This document shows, in pieces, positions 16,555-30,500 of a stretch of DNA of 64,000 nt (its first letter is position 1; every line of letters begins with the position of its first letter). A program made the translations under genes and the position numbers. Under the pieces are notes generated by a model that searched no databases, was not told the DNA's origin, and worked only from the letters and a program-made list of their open reading frames with translations. Origin of the DNA: Mobula hypostoma (Eukaryota); contig NC_086097.1 in NCBI RefSeq assembly GCF_963921235.1, positions 130,698,001-130,762,000 of the forward strand. The letters run 5' to 3'.

Positions 16555-18449
16555 TCTGTGAAAATGTAAATTCATTTTATTGTGCAGAGGGAACTCCAGT
16601 TAGAGTTAACAATACAGTAAAATCTGAATATAGTCACCTTCACCATTAAAATCTAATGATTCCTTAAAATGGTTGAATCCAATAATGTCCAGTGACACTC
16701 AGTGATGGCTCAATCACAGTTTGAAAACAATTACCTTGACTGTGTTTGAGGGTGGTAGCTAGACCCTGATGCAGGCTCCATAAAATGTCCATTGCTATTA
16801 GCAGGAATAGTGTGGGTATTTAATCCAGATGATTGCTTAATCAAGGTGACCATGAGAGCACATTTCACTGTTACTCATTTCATACTATTACGTCACAGTT
16901 GCAGTATAGAATAACAATTGGAATCTTGCACCAGGCATCCATTATTTGAAGGCTATTAACAAAAATACTATACAACATCCTTTCACTATCAGAGCAGAGT
17001 CTCAAGTACAGCCATGGAAGCTTTGGACACACTTCAGCATAATCACCGTGGAACCTAAAATGTTTAATTAAAAACAATTGGCTGGAATAGCATTATAATC
17101 CAAGATCTTGTCTAATTATTCCTTTTGGACACATTACAAGATGGACACATTGATAAACCAGAATGCTGGATAAGAAAATGAATGCAAAAAATGAATTTTG
17201 ATACATAATGATTACAAAAATTAATTTTCCACAAGTCAGTTACAATATATTATACTTTGTTTCACAAAACAACACATTGTGTTCTTGTATACTTTCTAAA
17301 TGGAATTTTGAGTGAGTGCAATAAACACTAAATCAGTGCTGGATCCAGGAATTTGCTGGCAAAAAACATTGTTGATTCTCTTTGTAAAAATACCACATCT
17401 TCTGTTATACGCCGCTTTATCATATAAACGCTACAGAAATCAATCCAGGAACACAAAACCCTGAAATAATTAGAATTATGTCCTTAATATGATTTGAAGG
17501 AAAGCTGGTTTCTTTACAGTTGCTATTCTGGACAATGCCTATTATATAGCACAAATCCTCAGGAGACAAAAGAATCTTCCAGACTCAAGTCTGCAATGGA
17601 GTCTGGCAAAGAAGAAATGAAAATTTAATGTAATTCAATAATGTATGTTCTTAGGGTATTTGTAAAAATAAGTTCTCTAAAGTAGTGCCTCACTTAAAAT
17701 TTAGGCTGTAGAATTCCTAAGGTAAACTTCTAAATACATGTATGTAGATAATACTGGAGAAGAAATAAAGGGGAGATTGACAGCAATATGGTAATAACAA
17801 TGTGGTATGTTGAAGAGCCTGCTGTGCATTTCCCTGTTAGTGCATATTTGTTTCACAAAACACAGCTACAATTCAGAAGCAGGGAAATAAAGACAAGCCA
17901 ATAGCAAATGCTAAAGTAGAGAGCTTTTATAAAACTCCAATAAATATATAATGCTAATTTTCTGCTTTATGTACAATGGCATTAGTATATGAGCATTTTG
18001 TTTATACAACACCATTTGCTAACTAGTACATCATGGACAATTCCGCATCTAGTTGCAGAACTGTTTTAGAGGAACAATTAAAAACTACAATGACAATTTT
18101 CAAAAGTATATTTGAGTGTATACATAAATTAGCAAGAAAAAAGGGGAAGGGAATTAAAAAAAATACAAAGGCAAGTTATATCCATTTTCTCCCTGACTCC
18201 ATCAATAGTCTGAAATATTTGAAGGCATTCCTTCATTTCAAAAGTTCCTTTGCAGTACCTGTTATTCAGAAGTGCTCTCAGTTTCTTTCAATGCTCTGCA
18301 CACTGTGTGCTTCATTGCTATTTTTGGCTGTTTGGTCAACAGACCATTTTCACAAGATTTAAGATTCCCTGTGAAGTGTTCATAGGGATGATTAGATCCA
18401 TCCGCAGCAATGGCAAAAGTGCTACTTATTGAGCAAAAAAAAATCTGCA
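16555..18449 (-). other. ATP9B: Probable ATP9B 3'UTR (~1.9 kb)
   Basis: AT-rich stretch with no recognisable TE between the stop codon and the polyA signal; includes a Pumilio-type TGTACATA at 17968-17975 (minus). The end position is inferred. Confidence 0.6.
16576..16581 (-). terminator. Candidate polyadenylation signal AATAAA of ATP9B
   Basis: TTTATT on plus strand; followed on minus strand ~20 nt later by CA and a GU/U-rich tract (tgtcttttctcttttttttttgg). Confidence 0.6.
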
Positions 18450-18586
18450 TTATGAGGTAAGTTTGGAGTAACTGGGCGGAGAGAATTTGCGCTTCAAGTA
18501 CTTGAGAATATAAAGTGGAAGACAACTGACAAGGGTAATCGTTGACACTTTCCACAGGAAGGTCACAGTGGTGATAAAGGCGACAT
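18450..18586 (-). CDS. ATP9B: ATP9B terminal coding exon ([14 protein letters not shown]...PPSYSKLTS*)
   Basis: Acceptor ttttacag; TAA stop at 18452-18450. Confidence 0.96.
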
Positions 18587-21500
18587 CTGTAAAAGCAGAG
18601 GTTTATTGCATTATAAACCATACAACAATACTCAAAAACACAGCCCTAAGCAGGAACAAAAGGCTTATATTTTACAACCAAAATTTCTTTTATACTAACA
18701 TTGATTAAAATGACTGTGAAAATATTTTCAGAAAGTAACTAAAACCTGTATTTCAGGTCCCTTTGTAAGGCAAGACACAACCCTGAAGAGGGAGATGTCG
18801 TTTCTCATACACCTGATCACATGAAATGTCACGCGCTACTAATAAGCAGACAGACCAATCACCTCAGCAAGGCTTCCCTCCCACCACCGCTCTGAATTGA
18901 TTGCTGCTCATCTCTGACCTGGAGGTTAGGTCACCGCACTATTTAGCTGCATGACTGATATTAATGGGGAAACCATGATGATCGGCACAGTGATTAAAGG
19001 CCTTTTACAAGCAAACTGCGGGCCAAAGCAAATTTAGTTGGATGTGGAAAGAGATGCTCTGAGGCAGCCAAGGAAAAAAAAGAGGCTAACTGTGTACTAA
19101 GTACAGTAGATGGGCTTGAAAATCTTCTTCAATCCCAGGAGAGCTACAATCCTAGCAAAGTGGGAATGATTTGAGAAATACTTGTCCGCTTTCCAAGAGA
19201 AAAAAAAACACATAACATAACATGCAATCAACATGTAATCTCTAGATAAACAACTGGTTTAGTGAGTGCCCTTGAATGACAATTAATATTTAAGCCAATG
19301 TTTAGAAAGATTGCTTGAACGACGTATTAGCTGGACATTTATTCTCAACTCAGATGTGAAGAGGCTATGACATCTATAAAATAAAATTCACTGGATGAGA
19401 GAGGAATATAATGATCTAAGAAAATTATAGGACTACACGGAAGTACAAGAAGAGCCAATCTTAAAATGACGACCATGGGACTATTCCACTGTACAACCTG
19501 ATCACAACTCTTTCACACAAATGTCAGTTATAATAAACCTGATTCTGATTACTCTTTGGGTGTAATCCTTAATACCATTGTTCGCAGTCTCCAATTTTAT
19601 CTTATTTTAGCAAATCAGATGAAGGGTCTCGAACTGAAATATAAAACGGCTGTTTCCTACCACAGATACTGCCTGACTTGCTGTGTTCCTCCAGCAGGTT
19701 GTTTTATTCCCCCAGATTCTAGTCTCGTGTCTCCAATTTTACATTGATCAGAGATTTATCTCAAGGAAAACACTTCAAATTTATCCTGATAATCCTGATT
19801 TTGCACAGCACAGTCTATCCCCAGGTTATGGACACCCCTGCATAATAAGGTGCTTCCATTTTGTAAAATTGAGAAGTTCTATGTACATATATGTTTGTTC
19901 CATTGAACAGTAGAATTAGTTTCTACCCACTCACTAACTCTCTATTTTTAGGAATTGTTCTTTCTTATCAGTCTTGTGCTTTTCATGCCATTTATTACAA
20001 TATTGATTTGGCATGGTTATCATAGTGTATGATTTTTATTTATTTTCTGTCGTACAGACAAATTCAACTTATGAACGGCAATAACAATGGGACCACTTAT
20101 TACCAGGGCATGGTTCCTTCGCCACACCAAGACTAAAGGCCACTAAGACGAACCATCATAATAATCATTCCCCTATTTACTTTAACCAATTAGTAACCAG
20201 GAAATGAACTTTACAATACTTTCTTTTTCTGTTACTGATTGGTTCCATTTCATAAATGATGATTCTAAATTCCTCTAGCTGAAATGATTAATTTTCCAAC
20301 TTAATGACCTTCCCAACCTGGTTGGCAATATTATAAAGTACTGAAGTGCTGCTGGTGAATAGCGGTGTAAGAAACAGAATTCTTCCGACTTAGAAATGTG
20401 CTCGATTTTCATGTTTGCATTTTGCTAAACTTTGTGCTTTGAGGTTCCTTAAGGTTGTTATAGTTGGCTGGTGGGGGGGGGGGGGTACACACTGGGGCAA
20501 AGCTCCCACTACCAATTAAATGCTCCCAATGGTGTGCGCCTCAAATAGGCTCTGACAACCAAGTCCAGCTCCTGGCCTTCACGTGTAGCTTAGCTACTAA
20601 GCCTGGCAGAACCATTTCTACTGACAGGAGAAGGGACAAAGGCAGACTACTGGCACCTTAAAACCATCCACTTCGGGCAGATAGGGCTCGTCAGCCATGG
20701 TTGGCAACACATCTAGGAGAAGGAAAACTCTGATTTTGAACCTCTGCTGCCTTGTGGCTAAACCCACTCATGGGAAAGGCTTCAGGAGTACCTCTGAGCG
20801 AAAAATCTGGAGCTGGAGTCTCCAAGGCATTCCTACATTGAGTTCAATGTTCATTGGCAACTCCCGCGACACTGCTGATACCAAATTGTATTGGTCTCTG
20901 CCGCTCCTTTGGGTTCATCGGATGTGTGGAGAGAGGAGCTTGCTACATGGGCAACAGCTTGTCCTCCATATCGTACTGCCCAAGTTTGCATATCTAGACA
21001 GCTAGGATGCAATATCCAAGGTCAACTCTGACTGACAGAGGCAGAGGCCTCAGACCTCAAATGTTTTTATTATTATTTTCTATGCAATAAAAACTCAAGA
21101 CATAGAAGACACAGACTAACTGCTAAATATTGTTGGGGTTTGGTCAGAAACAAGATGGGCTGAAAGGCCTGTTTCCTTGCATTACAACTACTAACCCAAC
21201 CCATGTTATTGATATTTGTTTTAAGTTCATATTAATTGCAGATGACAAAAGGGCACATGAATTCTGTCCCTCTCCACTTCTTTCTTTATGTTGTGCCCAG
21301 TGGTGAACAGAAATGAACTATTTTATAATGCTCGATAGCTGTCAGGACTCACAATACCAAAGCATTGTTACAGAAGCATTATTTATTTAGAAAGCACTCA
21401 TAAGGATGACAGGAATTTATAATTATTATTTATGATTTAACATCATTCAAAAACAGTTCACGTGGAGTATGGATAGTAACTTTTTGTAAGAAAAACAAAA

Positions 21501-24500
21501 AAGATCACAGGATGATCAGTCTTTGTGGCATTAGTCTTGGTGTAGTGGCAAAGCATTATTGTGCTAGGTATCAGAGATCAAGGTTTAATGTCTGAATTTT
21601 ACCATGAAACCACCATGCTGATGCATTTAAAGGTTAATAGATCCTATTTCAAGAAGGCTTCCACACACTTTCCCTAATGTAAATCAGTAGGAAGATTCAG
21701 ATGAAAACCAAAAGAACATCAGGAGTTAGATTAGAAAAAAAATCGTCTTCCATTGTAACACACACGCAATATGCTGGAGGAAGTCAGCAGCTTAGGCAGT
21801 ACTTTTGACGAGGTATAAACAGTAGTCTTTTCAGGCCAAGACCCTTTATCAGGACTGGAAAGGAAGGGGGTAGATGATAGGATACGAAAGTGGGGAAAGG
21901 GAAAGCTGCAGGTGATAGGTGAGACCAGGCGATGGGGAAGGTGAGTGGGTTGGGGAGGGGGGGATGAAGAAAGAAGCTGAGAGGTGATGGGTGGAAGAGA
22001 TAAAAATGGCTGAAGCAGGAATCTGATACGAGAGTGGACCATGGGAGAAAAGGAAGGTGGGGTAAGCATGAGAGATAGGCAATGGGCAGGTGAGAAGGGC
22101 TAAGAGGGGAGCCAGAATGGGGAATGAGAAAAGGGAGATGGGGGAGCAGGGAGAAATTACCAGAATTTAGAGAAATTGATGTTCATGTTGTCAGTTTGGA
22201 AGTTTCCATTGTAATTTCAAATCGCTTAGTTTTGAGAAGAGGCAAAGCTATGAGCCTGCTTAGCCTTTTTACAATGCCCCTTCGGTATTCAGAAACAGGT
22301 CCTCAGGAACATGCTATTGAGATCAGCCCCCTCATTCAAACCAGTACGTGTGGATGTGCAGGTTACTGCTGACAGCAGGCTAAGTCCAGCATGTGCCATC
22401 CCATCACTTTACCACTTGATATGAAACATAATATCTGAAATACTTTTACTGCTCTATAAAATACTTCCATGGTTAAAAAACAATGCAACAAGTATACATA
22501 CATACAGCAGACACAATATTACATTGGATAAACAGAAAACAAACACTGCAATTCTTATGTGTAACTGAAGCATCAGACTTGATGATGTATGATTGCATTA
22601 CTTTTACAAATTCAACAACATACCTCTCAAACAACTTACCAAAATACTCATTGAGAAAAGCAAGGGAGGCCACATAGCAGCCAAGACTGAGGAACTCCCC
22701 CACAACCATCAGCCAATGCCAGGTTCGGATAGTAAGTGCAACCATCAGTAACTCAGTCAAAATCAATGCAGTGAAGGAAATTGCGACAACATGTACAAAC
22801 TCAGACTCAAACAGCACCAATGCTCCATATATTAAAATGCCACCTGAAACAATAAATTAACAGTTATAATTGCTCATCTCCTGATCAAAGACAGGATGTG
22901 TGAAAATATGATTAATTAATTATACGTATAACCCTATGAAGATTAAGGTATATGTGTAAAATCACAGGCTATCAATGACATATGAGGCTTATTTCACAGC
23001 GGTAATGATAGCAACTGGGTGTTCAACATTACCAGGTGGATTAAACAGGTTAATTAGAATCTAAAAGGGAGAGTAGAACAAATGAAATGATTATTCAAAT
23101 ATTCAGCTTTTTTGTTTAAGTCACAGGATCTAACTGGATGCTATCACTGTCAACCATAGCAAGAATGGCCTACATAACAGGTACAAAACTCACTCAGAAC
23201 TAATCTGATTGCTGCATTGATACTGGGGACACAAACAACAGGAATTCTGCAGATGCTGGAAATTCAAGCAACACACATAAAAGTTGCTGGTGAACGCAGC
23301 AGGCCAGGCAGCATCTCTAGGAAGAGGTGCAGTCGACGTTTCAGGCCGAGACCCTTCGTCAGGACTAACTGAAGGAAGAGTGAGTAAGGGATTTTAAAGT
23401 TGGAGGGGGAGGGGGAGATCCAAAATGATAGGAGAAGACAGGAGGGGGAGGGATGGAGCCGAGAGCTGGACAGGTGATAGGCAAAAGGGATACGAGAGAA
23501 TCATGGGACAGGAGGTCCGGGAAGAAAGACAAGGGGGGGGGGGACCCAGAGGATGGGCAAGGGGTATATTCAGAGGAACAGAGGGAGAAAAAGGAGAGTG
23601 AGAGAAAGAATGTGTGTATAAAATTAAGTAACAGATGGGGTACGAGGGGGAGGTGGGGCACTAGTGGAAGTTAGAGAAGTCGATGTTCATGCCATCAGGT
23701 TGGAGGCTACCCAGACGGAATATAAGGTGTTGTTCCTCCAACCTGATGGCATGAACATCGACTTCTCTAACTTCCGCTAGTGCCCCACCTCCCCCTCGTA
23801 CCCCATCTGTTACTTAATTTTATACACACATTCTTTCTCTCACTCTCCTTTTTCTCCCTCTGTCCCTCTGAATATACCCCTTGCCCATCCTCTGGGTACC
23901 CCCCCCCCGCACCTTGTCTTTCTTCCCGGACCTCCTGTCCCATGATCCTCTCGTATCCCTTTTGCCTATCACCTGTCCAGCTCTCGGCTCCATCCCTCCC
24001 CCTCCTGTCTTCTCCTATCATTTTGGATCTCCCCCTCCAACTTTCACATCCCTTACTCACTCTTCCTTCAGTTAGTCCTGACGAAGGGTCCCGGCCTGAA
24101 ACGTCGACTGCACCTCTTCCTTGATAATGGGGGACAGGATTACAAAGAACACAACCTGTAAGTTGCTGTCTGGGTGTTTGAGTGTCACTAAATGAGAATC
24201 AAAGTAAAGGGAAGTCAGTGCAAGGTTGTACAATGCCCATAAACAATCAGCGTGATGTATGTGGCTGATGATAGACTGGCCTCCCATCATAGAGGAACAT
24301 GGAGATGAGTGAGCTCCAATATATTGACGGAGCAGTCTATGAACTGTGGATCTGTCATCTATTACATACTTAAAGAACATGCAGCATTATATTTACAAAC
24401 TAAAATTTGTAAATATAACTCTAGATTCCACTTGAAGCATTTCAAATGTCCATTTTTTTAGGAATACATTATTTAAGGAATAATAATTTCAGCAGATTAC

Positions 24501-27500
24501 TGCTGATATATTAGAGATCTATGACTATATTAAAATACTGTATGTGGGTTAGTCATCTAAACATGGGGATATTTTGTAGATTTTAAATGGTTGACGTACA
24601 AGAAAGGCTCTAGTGTCTTCTTTTTACCTTTAATATATGTATAAGTGTACATTTTTATAAAGGATTTTTTACATTATTCATTTCAATATCATCTTTAATA
24701 GTTTGATGGTTCAAGTTTGATTTTTCAAGTTGCCATGTCCATGTTAATGCAGTGCATTTTGGGTGGACTGACAACATCAGTCTTATTAACTTCCCCCTCA
24801 AGCAAGTAAATACTGCTCTTTCAGAACACAAAACCCTTTGTTTCAAAGCAGTGAGATTCAAACCAGACAGAATCCTTGGATACACAATCAGCCACTTGAC
24901 TAGCAAGCTTGTAAGTAGTACTCTTTAATTTTAAAAGTAAAAGCTTTTAAAGATGCATCTTTTCGCTAGAAACAAATCTGCTGGAGGAACTCAGCAGGTT
25001 AGGCAACATCACTGGAGGAAAATGGGTAATCAGTTACTTCAGATCGAGATCCTTCATCTTTCAGTCCAGATGAAGGGTCCTGACCTGATATATCAACTGT
25101 CCATTTCCCACCACAGATGCTGCCTGACCCGCTGAGCAGCTCCAGCAGTTTGCTTGTTGCTGCAGATTGCAGCATCTGCAGTCTCTTTTCTTGTATCTTA
25201 CTTAGCATATTCAAAAGGCAGGGTACAGTGATTTCCACTTCAAGCTGCAAAGAATATAAACCCAGGATTTTCAGCATCTGCAGAATCTCTTGTGTTACCA
25301 ATATGAATTCATGCTTCCCAAAGGCAACATTAACTTCAATGAAAGCCTTTGGCAACAAAGCATGTGCCTCCGCTTTCCAGAAAAAAATGCATCGCAAACA
25401 TTTTTAGTAACACAATTTAATTTGGTTATCATTAGATCAATTTAGAGTGATAGTTTCAAGTAACAAACACTAGTGGTAACAATTGCAGTCAGCAAATGGA
25501 TTGAAATGCTTTAACCCAATCAAGCATCACTAACCTGTGGCTTTTTAAATATAGAACCACTTCAAAGCTTAGATGCCATAAGTTTTATTTCCAATATGTA
25601 AAACTTGTGACCTACCTTGGTATATACTAATTAGAACCCAAATAAGGAATGTCTTGAAGGATAATGAGCGACCCTAACAAAAGAAAACCAAATTAATTAA
25701 AATAAACATCTATGTTTTTTTTTAACCATATCTAAGTTGTATCCAACTTAAGACACATTGACATTAACTCAGAAAATAGATCAGTTGCCTAATATGGAAG
25801 TTACTAAGGTCTATTTTACTAGAGCACCTTGGTTTAACCAGCAGTAAGAACATCTCTGGATGGGGAAGATTTTATTATTGGTGACAACAATTTGCATATA
25901 CATCGCACCTTCAACTAAAATACCTGAACTGTTTTCCCAAAAGCATCATCAAACAAATATGACTTTCATCCACACAAAATGATGGGGCACCACAGTGGCA
26001 TGGTGGCTAGCGTGATGCCGTTACAGCACGGAGTTCAATTCTGGGACCTTCCGTAAGCAAGTTTGTATGTTCCCTCCTTCCTATGTGCCATGGGTTTCCT
26101 CCAATGGCTCCTGTTTCCACCCACAATCTAAAGATGTGCAGTTAGTAGGTTAATTGGTCTTTGTAAATTGACCCGTGATTAGGCTAGGGTTAAAATTGAT
26201 AGGTTGCTGGATGGCACAGCTCAGTGAGCCAGAATGGCCTGTTTTGCACCCTCTCTCTAAATAAAAATAAATCAATAGAATGGTACATCCACCCGTCTAT
26301 GGACCCTGCCTATACTTCTTGTTAACCCAGTAAAGCAGCCAGCATAATCAAAGACCCCACTCGCCCCGGACTTTTTCTTTTTCCTCTCTCAAAAGCAGAA
26401 GATACAAAAGCCGGCAAATGCAAGTTCAAGGACAGCCTCTACACCTCTATTAAAAGGTTGGTTCAGTAGGATGGACTCTTGGCCTCACAATCTGTCTTGT
26501 TATGATCTTGGACTTTATTACCTTCTTGCACTGCACTTTCTGCCTTGTTATCATTTTACCTTGTACTACCTCAATGCACTCTGTAATCAATTGATCTGTC
26601 TGAACAATATGCAAGACAAGCTTTTCACTGTACCTCAGTGCCTGTGACAATAATAAACCAATTCCAAGGGCAAATGAGCAAAAAACTTGTTGAGAAGGTA
26701 GACTTTAAAGAGCGTCTTAGAAGAGAAAGCAGAGTGATGATGGTTAGGGAGACTCATGCAAAACACAATGGTACAAAGCCAAAACATAAATTTCCTCTTG
26801 AGTTCAGTAAATTACTCTGCATTTATATTTCCTCCTTCCCCTTGCACCATCACTCTTTACGCCTTTTAACTCCCTTGCCTTCCACCCTCTCACAAACCTT
26901 TTGCTCCCTCTAGCTCACCCTCTTATCTCTGTGCTCTTAAATGTATTTCATGTCTAACCTTTCCTAATGCTGATGAAAGGAAATAGAAGCAAAATGTCAA
27001 CTTTCAATCCTTTCATCCCTGATGCTGCCAGACTTACTGAGTCGCTCTAACATTACTTAGGTTTCTGATTCCCAGCAAATGTAGTACTTTGCTCTGAAAT
27101 ATCCAATAAGGGCTGAGTGCCAAGGCTCAATTTAAGACTGACCAGTTGAATGAGTCAGAGGACTGGCAGTACCAATCAAACCTAGCCCAAAAATAACATC
27201 ACCTTCTGACATAAACAGAACAAAGTAGCTCTAAAAGAGAAAAAAATAAAAAAATTACAGCATTTACATGCTCTTAAAAGCAGCTAATACGTTTCAAGTT
27301 ATAAAAATAGATCATGCTATAGTCTTTGTTAGAACATTATTGATTTTGTCCCCATTAAAAACCAATCTACAGTGCACTTTTCAAAGTAGGGAGAGGAAAA
27401 GCAAAAAGTATGCACAGCAATCTACAATGTAAAGAGATGGATGGCAGTAGACCAACTGAGTACAAAAATATATGATGAATCAATGGTTCAACAGTAAAGT

Positions 27501-30500
27501 CTATTCAAGGCTGAGATAGATTTTTTTTAAACCAGAGTGGAATTAATGGGTGTGGGGATCAGACGGGAAACTGGAATCAAGATGTGATCTTTTTGAATGG
27601 TGGAGCATTCTGAGGGTGCTACTCCTAATCAGAGTAGAGGAGTCAGAGTCTTACAGCACAGAAACGGGCCCTTTGGTCCAACTGGTCCTCACTGACTAAG
27701 ATTCCCACTGAAACTATTCCTGTGTTTGGCCCATATCCCCTAAACCTTTTTTAACTCATGTACATGTCCAAGTACATTTTAAATGTTGTTACTATACCTG
27801 CCTCAACAACTTTGATACACTGACCATTGTCTGCCTGTGATGTTCTTATTAAATCTCCACCCTCTCAACTTAAACCTCTAGTTCTTGTTGCCTAACCCTG
27901 GGAAAAAGACCTTGCACAATGAATCTATTTTGCCCTTCATGATTTTATATACCTCTAAGATCACCCATTATTTTCCTATACTCAAATAAAAGTCCCAACC
28001 TTGACAACATCTCTCCATAACTGTGAGTCCCAGTAACATCCTCAAATTTCCTCTGTGCTATTTCCACCTTGATGGCATCTTTCCTACAGCAGCACAACCA
28101 AAAGTAAACATATTGCAAATGGCCTCTCCTACATCTTCTACAACTGTAAATTAACATTCCAACATCTAACCTTAGTGTCATGACTGATAAGACAAGCATG
28201 CCAAAACTCTTCTTCACCATCCTGACTGCCTGCATAATTTTGTTTTTTTTTATATATACACAGAGGATTCTGGTTAATTGGGTCATTGGTTAATCAGGGC
28301 ATCCAATTATTTGGGATAATTCTTAAAGAACAAAATCAAACCGAGTAAATAGCCAGGATTCTCTTTGTTTATTTGGGACACTGTTCCGCTTAATTGGGGC
28401 AGGACACTGTTGCCAAACATTTTCTAACTAGAATCAATGGCGTGCACATCGTGTGGCCGTTAGACACTGCACCATGGTTAGAGTGAACAATTTTTGAATA
28501 GCATCACTTACATATCTGTCTTCAAAAAGTAGTGTTTTTTGTTACTGATTGTTGATGAGAAATAAAACAGTAAGACCATTCAGAACTGTTTTGCTCACTA
28601 TAGTTTCAGGTATTTAGGCTTGGAGATGTCAGAAGCAGCCGGGAGTGGAAATAAACGATTTTATTACTTCAACAAGATAGGAATTACGAAGAACTTAAAG
28701 GTATTAACAATCTTCTTGAAAGTTACAATTAAAACGAAGATGTGATAATTGAATGCAGTCCATTATCCTTACTAGATGCCTGAACCACGTGACATAGAGC
28801 TTACAATGCCAGTAATCAGCAGGAGCTCAAGATATGTAGTTATGATCTGTGCAAAGTCATCAAGGCAAATCAGAGATAAGATTCAGACTCAACTTTCCAG
28901 CAACAACACACGCAGCTTATGGCAAGGTCTGCACACCATCGCAGACTTCAAAGCTAAACACAGTTGGGAGTTCCTAACATTGCTGCCTCTCTCCCATCAA
29001 GCTAAATCTTTTTTACGCTCGATTCGATGTCGGCAGTACTGAGCCCGGGGAGACCTGCAGATGATGCGACCGGCAGCTTGGTCATCTCTGAGGCCGAAGT
29101 ACGGTGTTTCCAACGAGTGGACAGTTGCAAGGCCGTGGCTCCAGACGGCATCCCAGGGCGAGTACTCAGGATTGCGCGGCAGGTGTGTTTACAGACATTT
29201 TTAATCTCTCCCAGTGTAGAATGCCCTCATGCTTCAATACATCCCCCATTGTCCCAATTCTTAAAAAGACCAAGGTAACATGTCTGAACAACTGGCATCC
29301 TGTTGCACTCACCTCAATAATAATAAAATGCTTTGACAGGCTGGTCAAGGATTACAGCTGCAGCTTGCTACCACCAACACTGGACCCCCTACAATTCGCC
29401 TACCGACACAACTGATCGACACATGACGCAATCGCCACAGCTCTACTCACCATTCTTACACATCTGGAGACGAGGGGTGCTTATGTGAGAATGCTGTTCT
29501 TGGACTACTGTTCAGCATTCAACACCACGATTCCCTCCAGGCTCGACAAGAAGCTCAGAGACCTCAGCCTTCACTCTGCCCTGTGCAGCTGGATCCTGGA
29601 CTTCCTGTCAAATCACTGGCAGGTAGTATCAGTGGCTCCTTCACCTCTGCTCCTCAACACAAGTGCCCCCCAGGGCTGTGTTCTAAGCCCCCTCCTTTAC
29701 TCTCTGTGTCGCCACCCACAGCTCCAATCTAATTAAGTTTGCTGACGACACTACACTGATTGGCATAATCCCAAATAATAATGAGGCAGTTTATGGAGAA
29801 GAAGTCATCACCCTGTCATTGTAGTGTAAGGAAAACAACCTCTCCCTCAATGTCGCAAAAACAAAGGAGCTGGTTGTGGAATGGAGACAGGCTAATCCCT
29901 ATTTACATCAATGGATCTGGGGTTGAGAGGGTGAAAAGCTTTAAGTTCCTCGGCATAGACATCACCAAGGATCTCATGTGGTCTGTACATACTGGCTGAG
30001 TGGTGAAAAAGGCACAACAGCGCCTTTTTCACCTCAGACATTTGAAGACGTTTGTTATGGGCCCCCAAATTCTAAGAATTCTCTATAGGGGCACAATTGA
30101 GAGCATCCTGACTGGCTTCATCACTTCCTGGTATGGGAACTGTACTTCCTTCAATCGCAGGATTCTGCAGCGAGTGGTGTGGACAGCCCATTGCATCTGT
30201 AGATGTGAACGTCCCACTATTCAGGACATTTACAAAGACAGGTATGTAAAAAGGGCCGGGAGGACCATTGGAGACCCGAGTCACCCCAACCACAAACTAT
30301 TCCAGTTGTTACCATCCGGGAAACGGTACCGCAGCATAAAAGCCAGGACCAACAGGCTCCAGGACAGCTTCTTCAACCGGGCCATGTTTCCCCTCAGTTT
30401 CAAAGGAGAACAACTGAAGTTTGTCCAATCTGTCCTTATAGCATGTACCCTCTAATGCAGGCAACATCCTGGTAAACTTCAGCAACTTTTTCCATAATCT

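Larger units (their letters stand above)
23233..24120. mobile_element. Palindromic Penelope-derived non-autonomous element
   Basis: Arms 23320-23706 and 23735-24120 are near-perfect inverted copies; imperfect TSD ttgatactggggaca / ttgataatgggggaca. Confidence 0.9.

Noticed and set aside
18587..22639. Optional 11-aa ATP9B segment (GIGRVSFGAFL, recalled from the human protein)
   Set aside because: No matching 33-nt exon or in-frame alternative splice site was found by eye; the nearby GT at 22623-22622 would shift the frame.
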